IMG/VR virus record: IMGVR_UViG_3300032213_002832
Location: 1-64,000 of that record
Length of the DNA stretch: 64,000 nucleotides
DNA from: a virus
Strand: one strand, 5' to 3'
Position numbers and translations under genes: made by a program. Positions 59,811-64,000 of this stretch are shown here, piece after piece (position 1 is the stretch's first letter; each line of letters starts with the position of its first letter). Under the pieces are notes generated by a model. That model was not told the DNA's origin. It searched no databases and saw nothing but the letters and a program-made list of their open reading frames with translations.

Positions 59811-60380
59811 ATGACTAAGCGTTTCAATAAGACTAAGGGTGAGCGTTTTCAACAAGCAGAAACCGGAGTTAGCCAATTACAAATGGCCACAAGAGTCACC
59901 CAAATGCTCCTAAAGCAAATGGGCGAATCTATAACTTCAATGTCTAGAGATTTTAATGAACTAACTGCTCGTCAGCGCGATCTGCAATATAAAGTCTTAG
60001 CAATTCAAGAGCTTTCTGGTTTAACTGAAGACCATGTTACTAAACGCGCAGAGTCATTGCAGATTAAGGATTTTGAAGAGACCTCTGCTAAAGAAGATCT
60101 TGCCGTAGGCGCAACGGATGTAGCGGAAGTTGCTGACGATTCTGTTGTAATTTTGACATCTAAACTAGCTTCTGGCGGAGGTATTCTTAGAACTAGATTA
60201 AACGTATCAGAGATTGGATTTCCACAATTTAAACAAGACCTTTTAGGTAAAAAAGTAAATGATACTTTTGATGCAGATATTAACGGAACTACACATAGTA
60301 TAACTGTTCTTGGTATTAAAAAGTTACCAGCAAAGGTAGAAAATGTTGAAGGACAAGAACAACCAACCTCAATCAACTAA
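59811..60380 (+). CDS. Coiled-coil protein with GreA/GreB C-terminal-like (FKBP-like) domain
   Basis: N-terminal heptads; C-terminal DLLGKKVNDTFDADINGTTHSITVLGIK resembles GreA LLGKxxGDxV...xIxxI. Confidence 0.5.
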   Translation: MTKRFNKTKGERFQQAETGVSQLQMATRVTQMLLKQMGESITSMSRDFNELTARQRDLQYKVLAIQELSGLTEDHVTKRAESLQIKDFEETSAKEDLAVGATDVAEVADDSVVILTSKLASGGGILRTRLNVSEIGFPQFKQDLLGKKVNDTFDADINGTTHSITVLGIKKLPAKVENVEGQEQPTSIN

Positions 60381-60783
60381 GAAGATTGATTCTAGATGCC
60401 CTCGCCAGCTAGAGTGTTTACCAGATACCTGGTGCGCCCTAGCGGTCCAGCGTTTAAAAGCGCTAAGACATGCTGGCAGAGAACTCTCGGAAGAAGAAGA
60501 GGCAAAACTCCCAGGTTGCCCCTACGCTACCAATCATCAACTAGCTAATTACTGCTTTTTCAAACTAGTCGAAGAATTCCTTCCAGAAGGAAGAAGTTTC
60601 TCTGATATGGAAATAGCTCATTTTCTAAATATATCTACCGATACTGTTAAGAAGGTTGAGAAAAAGGCTATTCAGCGTATTAAGAATTCGCCAGTATTCA
60701 GAGAAATAATAGATATGCATGATGGTGATCAGATTATGGAAGAAACCACTGATTTTAGAGAATCTGACCATACTAAAGAGTAG
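60343..60783 (+). CDS. Cys-rich protein with a sigma-70 region-4.2-like HTH
   Basis: Five Cys in the N-terminal half; SFSDMEIAHFLNISTDTVKKVEKKAIQRIK aligns with RpoD TLEEVGxxFxVTRERIRQIExKALxKLR. Confidence 0.65.
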   Translation: MLKDKNNQPQSTKKIDSRCPRQLECLPDTWCALAVQRLKALRHAGRELSEEEEAKLPGCPYATNHQLANYCFFKLVEEFLPEGRSFSDMEIAHFLNISTDTVKKVEKKAIQRIKNSPVFREIIDMHDGDQIMEETTDFRESDHTKE

Positions 60784-60853
60784 CTTACACAATTAAGCAC
60801 CATTCCTGTTAAAATAAGAGGTAGAATTACTATATCTCTTAAACAGGTAGTTA

Positions 60854-62041
60854 ATGTCTAATAAGAAACAACTAGAGTTCGACTGCATCGCCGGATCCCA
60901 AGTTAGGGATACACAAGGCGAGATGCTTGACGTTGCCGGTGCTGATATATCTCATTTAGAACAAGGGCTTGGTCTTTGGAATGATAATCACGGTGCTGGG
61001 TACTTTAATACATTGGGTCGTATAACTTCAGCAAAGAAGATCTTTAAAGCTGAAGATTGTGAAAATGATCGACAGAGATATTACTGGGAAAAAGTAAAAA
61101 GCCCATACATATATGCTCGTGGCTATATGTTTGATGACGACCATCCAAACGCTAAAGCAGCGGCAGCCATATTAAGAAACATACATAATACTGATAGTCC
61201 ACTAAAGTTAAAAGCCTCTGTTGAAGGGGGTGTGATTGCTCGTGGTATTAATGATAGTAGCCTCTTAGCAAGAACCAAAATAACCAAAGTAGCCATTACA
61301 TTCACTCCTGCCAACAATGCCACCCTAGTTGAACCACTTAATCTAGATAAATCAAGTACTTGGGAACAAGACGAGATATTGATCAAATCAGTAATGCACC
61401 TTGCGAAAACAGATATCCCATCTTTTAGGCATATTACGCGATATGCCTCTGCAGAAAAGATTATAGATAATTTTAATAAAATTCGCAATATCGCTAAAGA
61501 GGCTGGCTTGAAAACACAACTACCCGAATATACTACTGATACTTTGATTCGCGAAGCAGTGTTAGAAAAAGTAACTGGTAACATTAATAAAATCAATGAC
61601 TTAATAAAAGGCAAGATTATACCAGGTACGACTGAAGATGTATTTCCAAAAACAATAGGCGCAATGAAGTTAGATGGTGACGATGTTGCTACTATGAGAC
61701 ATCATCAGCAACTACATCAAGCAGCCGCACTAAAAGATCCTACACATTCTGGTCGACTATATCATCAGGGGCAAATCAAAGAAATAGATGACCACATAGC
61801 TAAACTAAATAAAGCCCTGACTGCTGGCTATGGCGGAGCAGGTTCTCCCACTTCTATGACTGGCGGCTCTGTAATTCAATCAGAAGCATTGGATGATGGT
61901 AGGGGGAATGGTCTTAAGTATATAACATGTAACAACTGTGGTAAAGAACAAGTCTACATGAAGCACCAGGTTAAGTGTAGGTCCTGCAACCAGCATTACC
62001 CTATGTCTACACTATACGGTGTAATGGTTAAGAATAAGTAA
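60854..62041 (+). CDS. Prohead protease with C-terminal capsid-N-arm-like segment and Zn ribbon
   Basis: RDTQGE, NDNH, KASVEG, KVAITFTPANNAT (HK97/herpes-type serine protease); CNNC...CRSC. Confidence 0.85.
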   Translation: MSNKKQLEFDCIAGSQVRDTQGEMLDVAGADISHLEQGLGLWNDNHGAGYFNTLGRITSAKKIFKAEDCENDRQRYYWEKVKSPYIYARGYMFDDDHPNAKAAAAILRNIHNTDSPLKLKASVEGGVIARGINDSSLLARTKITKVAITFTPANNATLVEPLNLDKSSTWEQDEILIKSVMHLAKTDIPSFRHITRYASAEKIIDNFNKIRNIAKEAGLKTQLPEYTTDTLIREAVLEKVTGNINKINDLIKGKIIPGTTEDVFPKTIGAMKLDGDDVATMRHHQQLHQAAALKDPTHSGRLYHQGQIKEIDDHIAKLNKALTAGYGGAGSPTSMTGGSVIQSEALDDGRGNGLKYITCNNCGKEQVYMKHQVKCRSCNQHYPMSTLYGVMVKNK

Positions 62042-62073
62042 TTATAATTACTACATTAATTTTATAAAATACA

Positions 62074-62118
62074 ATGCACATATCTCCCACAATAATGAGG
62101 TATGTGCATAATTTTGTT
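62074..62118 (+). terminator. 13-bp hairpin with T-rich tail after the protease gene
   Basis: ATGCACATATCTC-ccacaataat-GAGGTATGTGCAT followed by AATTTTGTT. Confidence 0.55.
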
Positions 62119-62191
62119 TAACTAAGCCCATGTGATATAAAGGTAATTGCATTACGCAGTTTTGCAATATTAAAATATAGGAGAAAACAAA

Positions 62192-62599
62192 ATGGCGAAC
62201 AAAGAAGCGATGCTAGACAAGATTGCTCGCAATCTGAAGCAAAGAGGACTCGCGGAATCAGTAGTGGTTCGGGGTGCAACAAGTGTTTCTGTCACTAAAA
62301 CTGGTGGCGATGTGTTAACAATTTCTTATGTAGACAAGTCAGTTCAATCACCAATGGGTGGTGTAAGTGCTAGTGCTGCACCTTATCTAGGAATCGGCAT
62401 TGCTGCTCCTGGTTCACTTAAAGTTAAAGGCGCTGCTGCTGAAACTACTATTGCTGCAATCGTTGATACGACTGAAGCTCTACAAGTTTTGGCTGTACTA
62501 AGTGGTTTTGGAAATGATGTGATTATTGAATCTGGAGCTTCAACTGCTGAGCTTGCTCGTATTGCTGGAACTTCTGATCTACTAGGTATGGGAATGTAA
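62192..62599 (+). CDS. Head-module protein of unknown function (possible decoration protein)
   Basis: 135 aa, A/G/S-rich, SD AGGAG; lies between protease and scaffold. Confidence 0.55.
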   Translation: MANKEAMLDKIARNLKQRGLAESVVVRGATSVSVTKTGGDVLTISYVDKSVQSPMGGVSASAAPYLGIGIAAPGSLKVKGAAAETTIAAIVDTTEALQVLAVLSGFGNDVIIESGASTAELARIAGTSDLLGMGM

Positions 62600-62659
62600 T
62601 CTAGTTTGGGTATAAGTAAATAGGTTACGAAAACCCTAAACTATAGGAAAGGAATACAG

Positions 62660-63331
62660 ATGAATGAGGAACTAATGAAATCCCTCACTTCCTTGATTGA
62701 CGAGTCCCTAGCGGAACTTGAGATCATGAAAAAGTCTGATCGTTTTTCTGCTACTGAGATCAAACTAGATGGACCGGGTACAGGAATTGCTGGCAAAGAT
62801 CCACAAGGTAGTCTTGGTAAAGACGAAGATAAAGACGAAGACGACGACGAAGATGAAGATGAAGAAGAAAAAGACGAAGACAAAAAACCAGAAATGGAAA
62901 AAGCTGAGTCTAAAAAAGAAGACAAAGACGAAGACAAAAAAGAAGACAAAGACGAAGATAAGAAAAAAGATATGGATGATATGAAGAAGTCGCTTGACGA
63001 GCAGTCAACACTACTTAAATCCTATGTTGATTCTAAATTTGCTAGCTTCGAGACCCAATTAGATAAGATCGCAAAACTTGTCTCTGATATTGCTGATGCA
63101 CCAGTAGCTCCAAAGAGTGTAAGCTATAAAAACATAGCTCCTCTTAAAAAGTCTGCAGGTTCACACGATGAAGAAGGCGAAAATGAGCCACTAACTAAGG
63201 GCCAAATTGTTGATAAGCTTTTTGATCTTAAGAAGTCGGGAACACGCGTAGATAGTGCAGATATAGCAAGCGCAGAATTGGCGAGTGGCCATGATCTTGC
63301 GAAAATCGCTAACAAATACAACATCAAATAA
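62660..63331 (+). CDS. Putative capsid scaffold protein
   Basis: Highly charged, with KDED low-complexity tract and many LxKS motifs; directly upstream of the MCP. Confidence 0.65.
   Translation: MNEELMKSLTSLIDESLAELEIMKKSDRFSATEIKLDGPGTGIAGKDPQGSLGKDEDKDEDDDEDEDEEEKDEDKKPEMEKAESKKEDKDEDKKEDKDEDKKKDMDDMKKSLDEQSTLLKSYVDSKFASFETQLDKIAKLVSDIADAPVAPKSVSYKNIAPLKKSAGSHDEEGENEPLTKGQIVDKLFDLKKSGTRVDSADIASAELASGHDLAKIANKYNIK
62820..62970 (+). repeat. Low-complexity coding tandem repeat (AAAGACGAAGAC-like; KDEDKKE)
   Basis: Visible purine-rich repeats inside the scaffold gene. Confidence 0.8.
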
Positions 63332-63343
63332 GGAGTAACATCG

Positions 63344-64000
63344 ATGTTCAATGATTCAGTTAACAACATTATGCAAGGTATCGAACAGGGTATTCTTACT
63401 CCTGATGAAGTAGAAAACCTGCAAAAAGCTATATCCGCGGGTTACGGATATGCTGGAAAACCAACCGACCTAACATACGGCGGAGTTATCCAAACAGAAT
63501 CGCTAGAAACAACTCTTAAGAGTGTTACTTTCGATATGAAAAACCTAAAAATGTGGCCAGCAATTTCAATGGATAAAGCCACTAACTTGTTCGAGCAATA
63601 CAATCGCTTAACAAGCTACGGTTCTGATTCCGCACCTTACCTAGCAGAAGGTGGAGCTCCTCAAGAAGAAGATAGCTCTTATATCCGTGATGGACAAAGG
63701 ATCGTGTTCTTTGGTACAAGACGTAAAGTTTCTCACCAAATGACATTGATCAAGACTACTGTTGGTGATGTAGTCGCTCAGCAAGCTAAAGAAGGAACAA
63801 TGCACCTTCTTAAGAATGTTGAAAGAGAACTATACTGGGGACAAGCACACTTTGCTAACGCATTGGGCGCTCACACCGGTGAAAACTCTGCTATTCCTGC
63901 AGATTCTATCGCAATGAGCGGATTGCTACAGCAGTTACTTAAGGGTGACTCTGATGAGCAACATCGTTCAGGTGATTTCGAAGGATACGGTTCATTCGAA
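63344..64000 (+). CDS. Major capsid protein (partial; runs off the window)
   Basis: Not in the ORF track because it has no stop; SD AAGGAG; MFNDSV...LQKAISAGYG...IQTESLE...EQYNRLTSYG...EGG resembles SPO1/Twort-type MCPs; follows the scaffold. Confidence 0.85.
   Translation, partial: MFNDSVNNIMQGIEQGILTPDEVENLQKAISAGYGYAGKPTDLTYGGVIQTESLETTLKSVTFDMKNLKMWPAISMDKATNLFEQYNRLTSYGSDSAPYLAEGGAPQEEDSSYIRDGQRIVFFGTRRKVSHQMTLIKTTVGDVVAQQAKEGTMHLLKNVERELYWGQAHFANALGAHTGENSAIPADSIAMSGLLQQLLKGDSDEQHRSGDFEGYGSFE

Noticed and set aside
12320-60783. Possible TAG stop-codon recoding (many genes end in TAG; in-frame TAG before 12380)
   Set aside because: Conserved proteins are full length under the standard code and TAGs fall at natural C-termini
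33683-60840. N4-type DNA hairpin promoters
   Set aside because: Stems around the -10 boxes differ in position and sequence, no virion RNAP is in the window, and RBS control explains the best cases
62769-62984. CRISPR-like array, or a KTK-rich alternate-frame ORF
   Set aside because: It is a coding low-complexity KDED tract of the scaffold gene with no repeat-spacer structure
1-64000. tRNA/rRNA genes, integrase, holin
   Set aside because: None was recognisable by eye; intergenic gaps are mostly too short. A tRNA scan and TM prediction would be needed to exclude them

Overview
The window is part of a large, AT-rich lytic myovirus genome. No host genes, tRNAs, CRISPR arrays or integrase were seen. 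Layout: (1) 1-26.7 kb is a baseplate/tail-fibre module with a LysM+gp25-like wedge protein, a giant 2492-aa baseplate-J protein and several fibre proteins that share domains. (2) 26.7-32 kb is a leftward replication/nucleotide operon (CsrA-like small protein, DnaB-type helicase, HNH, primase, ThyA). (3) 32-54 kb holds a UvsW-like helicase, endolysin, an RpoD-like sigma factor, dUTPase, an MTase-like protein, GroEL, SbcC/SbcD, an exonuclease-DnaE fusion polymerase, SSB, a UvsY-like protein and RecA. (4) 54-64 kb is a head module of SPO1/Twort-like style (terminases, portal, prohead protease, scaffold, partial major capsid protein). The most notable candidate system is transcriptional. The RpoD-like sigma factor stops cleanly before region 4.2 (the -35 HTH). 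A separate Cys-rich gene in the head module carries a sigma-4.2-like HTH next to a GreA-C-like gene. Many genes are preceded by -10 or extended -10 boxes with no evident -35. Several of these give leaderless mRNAs, including the sigma gene itself, and some overlap RBS-hiding hairpins, most clearly at the endolysin. Other highlights are a prohead protease carrying a copy of the capsid N-arm, HNH genes that resupply the downstream ribosome-binding site, and a candidate reverse-topology spanin. All family calls come from reading motifs by eye; no database searches were run.
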